Positions 13,902-23,744 of a stretch of DNA of 64,000 nt are shown here, piece after piece; the stretch's first letter is position 1; each line of letters opens with the position of its first letter. The notes under the pieces are model-generated. The model searched no databases, had not been told where the DNA came from, and worked only from the letters and a program-made list of their open reading frames with translations. Source of the DNA: Nemertoderma westbladi. Its lineage: Eukaryota; Animalia; Xenacoelomorpha. The DNA lies in NCBI GenBank assembly GCA_032718475.1, contig JAUCBJ010004194.1:17907-81906 (forward strand). The letters run 5' to 3'. The position numbers were made by a program, and so were the translations under genes.

Positions 13902-14186
13902 TACCATGGGCTGGCTCATTTACCTCACCATGTCACGCTAACTACATCGGAGAGGTTTCTCTAATGAAACAGAACGACATTGGCAATTATAGAAAATGCA
14001 TGGAAGGATGTGGCAGAATTACACAATGTACTGCTGCTGTGTGGGCCTGGGACGACGAAAATCGAACTGCAAAATTATGTTTGTTCGAAAATCCAAGTGC
14101 TTCAGACACAAAACTGAGCAACATCATAGATGCACATGGAGATAATGTGGCATTCTTTGACAAGATTGACAATATCGAATTTAAAT
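13902..14186 (+). CDS. Host gene exon 2: second PAN/apple-like domain
   Basis: Acceptor CCTTCTAG| and donor T|GTAAGT; 285 nt, phase 1-1. Reads VPWAGSFTSPCHANY..CMEGCGRITQCTAAVW..LCLF and is in frame with exon 1. Confidence 0.75.
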
Positions 14187-14305
14187 GTAAGTTGGTTTTA
14201 CAAATTATTCATAATCTTTCAAATTTTCTCAAAATTCGACTGAATAATTTTCTCATTATTCGATTGAATAATTGAAGATTAACAGCCTATTATTATATTA
14301 TTCAG

Positions 14306-14437
14306 GCCCAGTAGAGGATCCCTGCCTTGTTTGCCCAATCGGTATAGAATACGACGATTGTGAGATAACAAGAGGAATGGTTACCGAATGCAGATGTGCT
14401 GATGGATACGCTCTTGATGAATGTGGTACCTGTACTG
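14306..14437 (+). CDS. Host gene exon 3: EGF-like domain
   Basis: Acceptor TTATTCAG| and donor G|GTTAGA; 132 nt, phase 1-1. Reads CPVEDPCLVCPIGIEYDDCEITRGMVTECRCADGYALDECGTCT. Confidence 0.8.
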
Positions 14438-14843
14438 GTTAGATAATTGAATGACGTACTTCTCCAATTTTATTTATTTATTTTCTAAAAACATATTCGC
14501 ATTGCCTATGGAGATTAATGATTAAAGCCTGAAAAAAATCACGATTTTAGCGCCCCAGCCCAGAACGCAAAGGCATAGCTAGAAGTCATAATAAATTAAT
14601 ATAGTGTAGTGATGCAAGTTGTCAGCGGACAGCGACAAGCAGGTGTTTCATCTCTAATAGCTAGAAGTAGAAGTTTGTTCCTCCTACTGGGAAATTTTCA
14701 GTAGGGAAGTGTGACAGTTGTAAAACTGCCTGCGGATGGGGTAGTGCTGAGTAATGCATTCACTCTGATGTTTAGTATAAATATGTTTAACTGTGGAATT
14801 ACTTTTAACTGTGGAACTGCGGAATGGCATTAGTTATATTTAA

Positions 14844-15409
14844 CCCTATTAAACCCGGGGGGGTCAATATGACCACCACGTGGTTTTTTTTCGGAAGTTG
14901 GTGAAAATTTGGTGCCAGCACCAAATTTTGAAAACCATCAAATAAATCAATTGATTGTGTCACCTTGTTTCTTGCATTATACGAGTTTATGGGGGTCCTG
15001 AATCTGATGGCATCAAGAAAAACCGCACCGGACATCTCAAACTTGTACTTTTCGGTAATGGGTACGAAATTTGGTGCTAGCACCAAAATTGGCCATATTA
15101 CGCCGAAAAATACGATTAGCAATGATCTGGCAAATTAGAAATGTATTCCATTAAAATAAGCGCCCCAGAAAACTTAAAAATGTGAATTTATAGCATCGTA
15201 TAAGTGAATTTAAAAATTTTGTGTTTAAACTGAAAAGTGCTGGTTACTTATTTTTTTTTCATTTTTTGCCTACATAACAGGAAATAAAACAGCTATTTAT
15301 ACTAATCAGATTATTTTTAAATATTTTTCAATGGATTTTACGCAACAGAAAACCTGTATTGAAAACAAATTATCCGAAAATTGTAACTTTCAAATTTTAT
15401 GAAAATTGT
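14844..15409 (+). mobile_element. Non-autonomous piggyBac-like element, left part (internally deleted relative to the 49965 copy)
   Basis: Terminus TTAA|CCCTATTAAACCCGGGG. The body matches 50640-51308 and includes TTGGTGCTAGCACCAA palindromes. Confidence 0.65.
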
Positions 15410-15692
15410 TCACTATATATATTGTTATTGTTATATTATTATTGTTATATAATAATCTCTTATTATTATTATTATTAAACTCTTTATAATATTATTTTAT
15501 TTATTGAGTTACATTAAAGCAAAACTAAATTACAAGAAACCGGTTAACTACATAATATTGTACAAAGTTCGTATATAGAGGAGCTAAAATTCGCAAAACA
15601 TCAAATTCTCTCTCAGAGTAAGAAATACTCTAATACGAACAGACGGTCAATCATCCATCTAATGTTATATAAGTAATCTCAAGTCTCCAAGG

Positions 15693-15881
15693 TTACAGTT
15701 TTGTACTATCGAGTGTGCTATGCCTCGTCATTTCCGAATTGTAATTGACAGTTCTTTGATTGATAAAAGCCAAGCGCTGTTGGTTACCCCGGCAACAACC
15801 GCGACGAAAGTCCCGACGAAATTGTTGTGACATAATATTATATAATATTGGGTTCACTGCTGAGTTGAGATAAATTAACAC
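15693..15881 (-). pseudogene. Rhodopsin-class peptide GPCR terminal exon (TM7 + helix 8 + C-tail) in the retrotransposon 3' UTR
   Basis: VLIYLNSAVNPILYNIMSQQFRRDFRRGCC contains NPxxY, a helix-8 FR motif and a CC palmitoylation-like site. It is preceded by an acceptor-like TTCTCATAG|. I saw no other GPCR exons in the window. Confidence 0.8.
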
Positions 15882-15899
15882 CTATGAGAATTCCTGGAT

Positions 15900-18800
15900 T
15901 CAGAGTAGGAATACCTCATCAAGGCCCGCCTGGTGGGGGGTGGTACCTAGGACAGATGTCGCATTCCCTCTGACCACTGCAATTGAGAGCCGCTGGAAAA
16001 GGAATTCTGTGGACCTAGGTTCACCTGTTTCCTTGGCGATTCTCCGCCCTATCTCCCGCAGTACTGCGGTGCCTTCTGCACCGATTGGGCCTAAGGTCTC
16101 TAAGGCAATAGTGCGGAATAAGTGGTGGTGCTGGAGCGCAGCATACTTATTTCCTTTACTGGTCTCTGCCATTAAAGCGGCTGCACCTGCAGATTTACTT
16201 GTCTCGGGTAGATAGGAAGGAGCGAGGGTGTCCCTGCAAGTAAAGTCCCAAACGAGTGGGCGGCCTGAGGACCAAGGGGCAAAGGTCAAACCGTCTGGTT
16301 TCTTGCCATCTTGTGAAAGTCCTCGAGGCTCCAAGGTGGAGGCAATGCCGGCTGATGAGAGTGCACGGTGAATGATGTCATTGGCCTCTGCATGACGGGT
16401 GTATTTCCCATAATTGTGTAAGCAGCTGAGGCCATGACTTCCACTTGTGTCGACTTCCAACCCGCAACCCCTGCAGGAATGCTCCTCGCAGATAGGTGTA
16501 CCCAAGCGGAGAGCTGCTCCCACCCGCAGCTGCTCATCACTGAGGCGAAGGCCTAGGGATGATACCGGCAGTGCCCTTAGCCAGTCCCCGGCGTGGTCTG
16601 CGGCGGCAGCTAGGAGACGAGCCTTCTCTTTTGCTGATGAGGCTTTGATGATCAGTTCATCCTGTCGTGATGAGCACAGCGGGGCATCCCATCCTTTCTG
16701 AATGGCTTGATTGATTGGTTCAGGAAAATCGGTAGGTAGTAGTTGCTTTGCAGCTATTAGGAGTGGGTTGGGGATGCTGGAAATGGAACTGGGTAGTAGG
16801 GTGTTAAGCAGTGGGATGCACCCATGGCTGGAAGCCAGGAAAGCTGGTAAAGCTATGTCGGATGTGCTTCTAACCCCCAGTCCGCCCAAAGATATTGGAA
16901 GGGAAGCCTGGGCCCAAGCATCACCCCCAATCCTAGTGTTGAGCACAATTTGGCAGCACTGCCGAATCTTATCATCTAGAGACTTCAATCGAGGCGATCC
17001 AAAGGCGGGTGAACACCACAGCACATACATCAACTTCGGAATGGCAAAGCAATGTCTGAGTAGGTATAGGGCGTCATGCGCCGATAGAAGGTGGAGGCGG
17101 TCGGCGAACCTAGAGAGGTCTGATTCCTTCTCTTCAAGGATCTTCTCCATGGCTGAATCTCCTAGGGGTGATCCAAGCAACAGCGCATCAGAAAAATCGA
17201 TTGGTTTAATGCTTGGTGTGATGGCATCAAACAGAGCTGTTGTCTCTTCTTTCAGTTCTAAGGGAAAGTGCTTGCCAAAGATTAACTCACACTTGGATGC
17301 CTTGACCATAAGCCCTAACTTTGCTGCCTCGGCTATGACCCTCTTCAGGTCAGAAGCAACAACAGATGGTGTTCCACCCAAGGAACCGTCATCCAGGAAC
17401 CACACGTTGAGAGGAGATTCCATGCTATCGACAAGTTCAATTGTGTCGTTGCTGAAGAATAGAGAGGCTAGTGGGTCTCCCTGTTGCATACCATCGTCAG
17501 AGGCAATTGTTGTCCCATTGTAGAATAGGAGAGAGGGTTGCGAATATGACTGATATGCCAGGTTGTATAGTGGTGGGAGGTTCTTTAGCACTGCCCTCAA
17601 GGCTGGTCCGCGGTGAATACTGTTGAAGGCATTTGAGAAATCAATTTTGATCATGACTGTCTCTCTCTCTATTGACTCACTGAGGAAACGCCTGGCTGCA
17701 TGTACTGCTGCTTCTGCACCCTGGGGGGTCCCGAACCCTAGCTGATGGGGTCCTAGCTTTAAACCGGAATGCTTTGCCGCTGAATGGCAGCCTGTTTTGG
17801 CGGTAAGTCGACGCAGAGTGCACCCCACGGCTATGGGGCGAACTCCACCTGCTGGTTTAGTGAAAGCACAAAGCCTGGCGCCATAGAGGTAAGGGAGAAC
17901 TTCCTGGGGCACTCCTCCCTTTAGCATGATATTAGCTACCGATGTCATAGCCTTGAGGGAAGCCAGGGCAGCATCCCCCGCTGATGATGAGATCATGTCC
18001 TTGAGGAACTGAGGATGGCAGTTGTCGGGACCTGGTGCCGAGCCATTGGGGAATAGCTTGATTGATTTTAGAACCTCTGGGTAAGATAGCTCGAGGGTCG
18101 GGACATCTGCTTCCTCTAATGACGGTACTCCGTGGAAGTCATCTGATGGGCGTGTAGGATGAAGGAGTCGGAGGGCTTCAAGGGTCTCTGAGGTGGCTGG
18201 GGCTATAGTGGCTGATGAGGATGCTAGTCGTGCAGCTGCTTTCACATTTCCTTCTTCTATCTTAGAGGCTATCAATTTCCCTAGCATGTCATCCGAGGAT
18301 TGTTGAGTCTTGGGCTTCAGATGGGATGGAAGGCTAGTCGTAGGCAGTACTAGTAATTCTTTGGTGTTCTTGACCATCTCTTCAAATTCCAACAGTTGGT
18401 CCTTTACCTTGGCTGTGAGTGATTTGCAGGCTGGACCGATAGCCCTCCGGCCACGTCTGGACCTTGATCCCTGGGAGGGTACTCTGAGAGAGAATGGAAA
18501 GGCCAGCAGGTTTAACCAGTTTGACTGACTGTTGTTGAGGTCGATGGCATCACAGAGACTACTGTAAAGTGTGGCTGCTTTTAGTCTTGCACCCCTGGGG
18601 ATACGAGTCAGGGTTCTGATCCTAGTGAGGGTTTCGAATGCACTGCTAAGTGAATCTGATATGGCGCTCTGGCTGGCTACCACAGGAGCAGGGGATGGAG
18701 TGTCATTGGTAAACGGTTGGGACAGTAGTCCGGGTGACCCTTGAGACATGGCTGGCTGATTAGAGTGTAAGTCGGGTGGAATTGCAGCTTCAGCAGGAGC

Positions 18801-19889
18801 GGAGGAACCGGTGGCTGGAAATGTAATGATGGAACCTGACCCAGGACAAGAGGTGCCTTCAGTGGATCTGTGTTTGCGCAGCCCTCCCTTGGGGTTGACA
18901 CAGCATAATTTAGAGCAGGTGGTGCATGGGAACTTGAGGGACAGTCCTCCACTGGTAATGGTGGGAGGTTGTCCCGGCTCTAGCGGTGCAATTGATGGAG
19001 TATGGGTAAATAGGGGTGGATGAGAGTTCGGGACCAGAGTGGGGTCTCCAATTTGATTGTTATCCTGGGAGGATTCGGCTGATTGGATTGGAGGTTGTTT
19101 CGGCTCTAGCGGTGAGATTGATTGTGTATGGTTAAGCACGGGTGGGTGAGAATTCGGAAACGGGGTGGGATCTCCAATTGGAGGTGGTGTAGGTGTCGGT
19201 GCCTTCTGTTGATTGGCTGACCAAACTAGAGGGGCATTTCTGGAAATATCAGAATACAGATCACTACGATGCTTGGAAATGGTAATATCATTGATATCCT
19301 CAAAATCCGATCGTGAGTAACCTTCAATACACCACTTTGCAAACCTACAGATATATACCCCACATTGATAGGTGTTGTATTGCACCTTTTGAATGGAGGG
19401 ATAAACGGTAATTGGGGGGAGGTCCACATTGTAATGAATGGCAACGAGATGCACCCATTCTTTGATAGAATCAACAACTGTTTGGTTAGAGCCCCCCAGT
19501 GAGTCGAAAAACCAAATTGCTGACTTTAAAGGGGAGTAAACAGCAAGGGTCCAGTGGCAATTGTTTACATTTATAGGGAAAAATATGAAATCGTTATCAA
19601 AAACTGGCACTGAAGCGCCCTTGCTCAGACTCTGTATGTTCTTAAAGCCGCCTTCTTGAAAGATGTCAACGAAATGAGAGTTAAAAACTCTTGCATGGCC
19701 GTTGTAGCCTAAACACAAGCTGGATATAACTGCTTCAACAATGTTATCTGTCAACCAGTTTTGCCCATTTAACGATTCTATATCGTGCCTCGAGAGAGGC
19801 AGACCTCCAAATTCGTACATGTCTTCAGATTCGGGAGTTGGGTCTGCTAGAAGCTCACTATCAGTGAGACTAATGAAGGGTATTTCCAT
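15900..19889 (-). CDS. 1329-aa polyprotein: Ulp1 (peptidase C48) - Pro-rich linker - CCHC zinc finger - reverse transcriptase - restriction-like endonuclease
   Basis: Ulp1: WLTDNIV, HWTL, FFDSL, QYNTYQCG. Zinc finger: CTTC..H..C. RT: RPIAVG, DFSNAFNS, QQGDPL, FLDDG, LGGLG. RLE: CRGC..H..C, RH, KPDG..WDFT..E.SK..KY. No stops or frameshifts. Confidence 0.93.
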   Translation of the reverse strand: MEIPFISLTDSELLADPTPESEDMYEFGGLPLSRHDIESLNGQNWLTDNIVEAVISSLCLGYNGHARVFNSHFVDIFQEGGFKNIQSLSKGASVPVFDNDFIFFPINVNNCHWTLAVYSPLKSAIWFFDSLGGSNQTVVDSIKEWVHLVAIHYNVDLPPITVYPSIQKVQYNTYQCGVYICRFAKWCIEGYSRSDFEDINDITISKHRSDLYSDISRNAPLVWSANQQKAPTPTPPPIGDPTPFPNSHPPVLNHTQSISPLEPKQPPIQSAESSQDNNQIGDPTLVPNSHPPLFTHTPSIAPLEPGQPPTITSGGLSLKFPCTTCSKLCCVNPKGGLRKHRSTEGTSCPGSGSIITFPATGSSAPAEAAIPPDLHSNQPAMSQGSPGLLSQPFTNDTPSPAPVVASQSAISDSLSSAFETLTRIRTLTRIPRGARLKAATLYSSLCDAIDLNNSQSNWLNLLAFPFSLRVPSQGSRSRRGRRAIGPACKSLTAKVKDQLLEFEEMVKNTKELLVLPTTSLPSHLKPKTQQSSDDMLGKLIASKIEEGNVKAAARLASSSATIAPATSETLEALRLLHPTRPSDDFHGVPSLEEADVPTLELSYPEVLKSIKLFPNGSAPGPDNCHPQFLKDMISSSAGDAALASLKAMTSVANIMLKGGVPQEVLPYLYGARLCAFTKPAGGVRPIAVGCTLRRLTAKTGCHSAAKHSGLKLGPHQLGFGTPQGAEAAVHAARRFLSESIERETVMIKIDFSNAFNSIHRGPALRAVLKNLPPLYNLAYQSYSQPSLLFYNGTTIASDDGMQQGDPLASLFFSNDTIELVDSMESPLNVWFLDDGSLGGTPSVVASDLKRVIAEAAKLGLMVKASKCELIFGKHFPLELKEETTALFDAITPSIKPIDFSDALLLGSPLGDSAMEKILEEKESDLSRFADRLHLLSAHDALYLLRHCFAIPKLMYVLWCSPAFGSPRLKSLDDKIRQCCQIVLNTRIGGDAWAQASLPISLGGLGVRSTSDIALPAFLASSHGCIPLLNTLLPSSISSIPNPLLIAAKQLLPTDFPEPINQAIQKGWDAPLCSSRQDELIIKASSAKEKARLLAAAADHAGDWLRALPVSSLGLRLSDEQLRVGAALRLGTPICEEHSCRGCGLEVDTSGSHGLSCLHNYGKYTRHAEANDIIHRALSSAGIASTLEPRGLSQDGKKPDGLTFAPWSSGRPLVWDFTCRDTLAPSYLPETSKSAGAAALMAETSKGNKYAALQHHHLFRTIALETLGPIGAEGTAVLREIGRRIAKETGEPRSTEFLFQRLSIAVVRGNATSVLGTTPHQAGLDEVFLL

Positions 19890-21039
19890 GATTGATCGTT
19901 TGAAGGAAGGAGGCCTTTAGTTTGTTTAGCTAGTCGCATTCATTTGGACGTGCAGACGCACCATCACCGCCTACCATCGACAATAAATGGACATGGTTCT
20001 GTTTTTATATACAATCTAACTCAAACAACAGTTTAGCTAGTTTTTTATTTTAATGATAAATTTAGATTTCATTAAACTCCGAAAAAAAAAAAAAATCACA
20101 ATTCCAATTGTTATATTGTTATATATATATTGTTATTGTTATTGTTATGTTATTATTGTTATATTGTTATATATATATTGTTAACTAGTATTAACTAATA
20201 TTAAATAGCGAAAAATATAATTTTTCTGACCTGTCTTGTAGAATAGCGAATTAATAAATAATTTATTAAGTGATTAATAAAGATGAAAATTTGCACCATG
20301 TCATGACCACGAAGTAATGATAAAACAAATCGGCTGTTCACTCCCAAGGACATCTACTGTAGATGAAGACGTGTAAGAAACTCTACTATTAGAGTTCTAC
20401 TACGAAACTCTTACTGAAAATAATGGCCAACTCACTACCAAAATGCTGAAGTGGCTGTTTTACTGAGAGTGCACGCAGAGTGCACAGAATTATTATTAGT
20501 GTATAGACCTAACAATCAAGGCGTAGCAATACACTTACCCCATGTCCTGGAATATAGTGTCGTTATTCTGGTACCTCCCCCCCCCCCCAAATTTTTCTAC
20601 AAATCATAATGAGATTGCATGAAATTTGAAACAGAGATAATTACACATTCCTCCTCCTTGCTGGGTGAGCCAGTGATGATAGTTTTTTTATCATTTATTT
20701 TTCATTAATTAGTATTTAATTGTTTTTTTTAGTAGGTAAATGCAGTTCTAGAATTAGTTTAAAGAGCTATAGTTTGTTATTGTTCTATTAGTCGAAGAAG
20801 TATCTCGTACATAGTTGTTCCGCTATATTCCCCATACATAGATTCCAACTAATTGTATTCCTCCCCTACGCTACGCTAAAAGGTGGCGTTAGTGTATATT
20901 CGTAACTCTATAGATCTAAATTCATAGTCTTTTGTAACATAAAATTATATCCCATTCCCTTTTTTAACAACTCGCTATATATACAATCATTACCTAACTA
21001 TGTATAAACACTAACCACTAGCCCCACCCACCACCCTAT

Positions 21040-22340
21040 AACGTATTTAAAGGCTTTGCGGATTTCATCGCTTAATATTTTGGTGGTTCACCCAGCCATT
21101 GCATGGCTGGGTGAACAAATGATTTAAATTTCAAAGATAAACTTTAAAGTATGTCTGAAAATGTCCCCATAGACTTTGCTTATAATGTACGAATTACAAT
21201 TTAATATAAAAATACTCTTATTCCATGCTTTAGGCCAAAGATCACAAAGATCATGATCAAAGATCATAAAAATGACCCTTTTGGATAAATTGACTAAAAT
21301 TGTGTTTATCGTCCACTAGTGAACCCGTATCGACCAAAAAGTTTCGAATTTTAAATCAATATCGCTCATTTTGCTTTTTCGGTATATTTTCGCCTACTTC
21401 CCAAAGGTGGTGATTCGCCTCCGATATTCGACTAGGTGGTCGGGACCCCAATTTTACGGAAATCCATTTATCTCGGCTTCCGCTGGGTCTTTTCGAAAAT
21501 TTAAAAAATTGGCGAGCTCCTCTCGTTGTTTCCCATCGATTGGCACCGTTAATTTTGAGATTCGATTAATTAATTCGCTCTTAATTAGCGCTAATTGCTA
21601 ATTACTGCATTTTTTAACGACTCGTTAATTTTCCTCTATATCTCGAGAACTTCTTAATTTACGATTCCGGGACCGCTTCCGTTGGATAGAGCTCGAGCTT
21701 GCCGACCATATCTCTTGTACATGTTTTAACTTAAAACCGTTCCTTCCCGTAGTAATAGGCGAAAATAATATCGTCCAATCGGAAAGCTTCGTTGGCCCCG
21801 TAGACCCCCTAGAATTAATTTTTTTCAAATTTTTATCGGGTCCGTCTAGCATAATTCGGGGGTGAGGAACATTTTCTACTTTCAAACTTTTCCCAAATTC
21901 CCACTCCTTCCGGTCGTATTTCGCCAAAGATCGTAAAGATCGTGTTCGATCAGCTACCGATCGGCCCCTATAGGTCGAGTCGTTCCAAAAAAAGAATGAG
22001 CTGGACTAACATCTATACCCTCTACGCGATCCCGTTGGCCGCTAGTCTCCATCTATTGCCAGTTTGGCTGTAGCGTTTGGCGGGAAATTCAAATTTCTAA
22101 AACGTTCCATTGGGCCCAACTCGAAAACCGTCGGTCGGATTCGCTCGAAATCAAAATTTAGAAAGTTAATAGGGGGTCTATCCTCCTACTGGGATGGTCG
22201 GCTTCCCCCCTAAGCGCCCCCTTATACCCTAACTCGCCCAAGTATACCCCCTTTCTATCACATTCCCGGATTTTAGTATTGGGTGAGGAATTGGTAGTGG
22301 TTAGTAAGGGCTAAAGCCCTTTTTCGCCTTGCGGCGATTA
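21040..22340. mobile_element. Non-coding GC-richer element with subterminal hairpins, Helentron-associated (HINE)-like
   Basis: Perfect hairpin GTTCACCCAGCCAT-TGC-ATGGCTGGGTGAAC near the left end; hairpins AAGGGC-TAAA-GCCCTT and CGCC-TTGC-GGCG at the right end. No recognisable protein. Confidence 0.4.
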
Positions 22341-23088
22341 AAAAACATCCTCTATCATCCAGAATTTTTATTTTCGCTTTCATTCTTTAGCTACAAGCGT
22401 TTGAAAAAGGTGTCTCCGTCGATAATACACCAGTTACACCGCAGTTATTCTTCAAACATTTAGTGATTTGTTGGTACTAGTGGAAAGCTGACAGTGCAAG
22501 GATTCCAAATATGTAAAAATATTTGAATTTGGTTGGGAAATAGCTGAGATAGGGGCATTCGAATTTTGCATGTATTTGCTTCGGCTGCAGGCCATTTATT
22601 CTATTAATAAATACACAATGTTCTAGAACATTTATTTTTGTTTATCTCATAAATAGCTTGGCAACAATGCAATGCCTACATGATAATACTCTAGTATATG
22701 GATATTCATATAATCAAATTGTTCTAGAACATTGTGTATTTATTTAATATAATAAATAATTAATAGAATATAAAAAATGTGTTGCACACATGTTAATAAA
22801 TATAGAACATTTACCGATAAACAATTAAATGAACCTACAATCTTATCACCCCAAGGTGTCCCCCTCATATCGCACATGGAGACACATGTTAGTGGTCCAA
22901 TAGATCAATATAGTCCACTCAAAATGTATCTCACATATTTTTTATACTTATTTGATTTTTGGTTCATTAAGCATTTCAAAATGTTGAATTCCAAGCCAGT
23001 ACCTTGCTTTTTGATTAATTGTTTTAGGTTTCTGGCTTATTTTAAATATCACCGCAATAATCATTATATATTATAAATTAATCAACAG

Positions 23089-23229
23089 ATGTAGATGAGT
23101 GCGCTGATGGTAAGCACGGATGCATTGAAAGTGCCACTACAACTGGAAGTTGTACAAACACTGAGGGAAGCTATCAATGTGAATGTAAAGCTGGCTCCAT
23201 ACCAACCAATAATCCATTGCAATGTCAAG
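23089..23229 (+). CDS. Host gene exon 4: calcium-binding EGF domain
   Basis: Acceptor ATCAACAG| and donor G|GTAATT; 141 nt, phase 1-1. DVDECADGKHGCIESATTTGSCTNTEGSYQCECKAGSIPTNNPLQCQ matches the cbEGF consensus. Confidence 0.9.
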
Positions 23230-23239
23230 GTAATTGTTT

Positions 23240-23575
23240 TTATGCGTTTATATGCAATTCAACCTCCTTAGCAGCCCTCTCTACTTTATTCTTATTAGAT
23301 AGACGATGTGCATCTGCTAGTGTATTAGAGAGCAGGGCGATGTCATCCGCAAAGTCGGTGTCTGTGACTGTAGTTGCCGGATATCTGCTACTTGTGCATT
23401 CTTGTATTATGAATCCCATATCTTCACCCTTTGTGGCCGTCCTCATTGCGTAACCCATTACAATAATTACAAATAGTAATGGTGCTAATGTGTCACCTTC
23501 CATTATGCCAGCCAGGATTGAGAAGATCTCAGTTTCACCTTCTGGTGAAAGTACCTAAGCTTCTGTGTCACAATA
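23240..23575 (-). mobile_element. RTE-clade RT fragment (diverged subfamily)
   Basis: GDTLAPLLFVII and DTDFADDIALL motifs. Confidence 0.8.
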
Positions 23576-23612
23576 ACAATCCAATGCCAGAGACAATTAC
23601 TCAGTCCTAACA

Positions 23613-23719
23613 CTATTATTTCCCTAATCACAACTCTTTCCAGACACAATTATTTCCCTAATCACAACTCTTTCCAGACACTATTATTTCCCTAATCACA
23701 ACTCTTTCCAGACACTATT
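23613..23719. repeat. 34-bp tandem repeat, about 3 copies
   Basis: CTATTATTTCCCTAATCACAACTCTTTCCAGACA repeated. Confidence 0.9.
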
Positions 23720-23744
23720 CTTTCACTTACACTCCTGAACAGAT

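Larger units (their letters stand above)
15452..20105 (-). mobile_element. Apparently full-length CRE-like (RLE-type) non-LTR retrotransposon
   Basis: Single intact ORF, ~200-bp 5' UTR and ~440-bp 3' UTR. AATAAA (~15500) precedes a (TAA)n tail (15460-15478). Related TTGTTA/TA microsatellite lies on both flanks. Confidence 0.85.

Noticed and set aside
16286-19477. Antisense and alternative-frame ORFs over the 1329-aa ORF (e.g. 16711-17523 +)
   Set aside because: They are shadows of a GC-richer coding strand with no recognisable motifs.
22615-22740. GTTCTAGAAC palindromes (also ~63762 and ~63878) as heat-shock elements
   Set aside because: Only two nGAAn units each, embedded in what looks like repeat sequence and not near an identified promoter.
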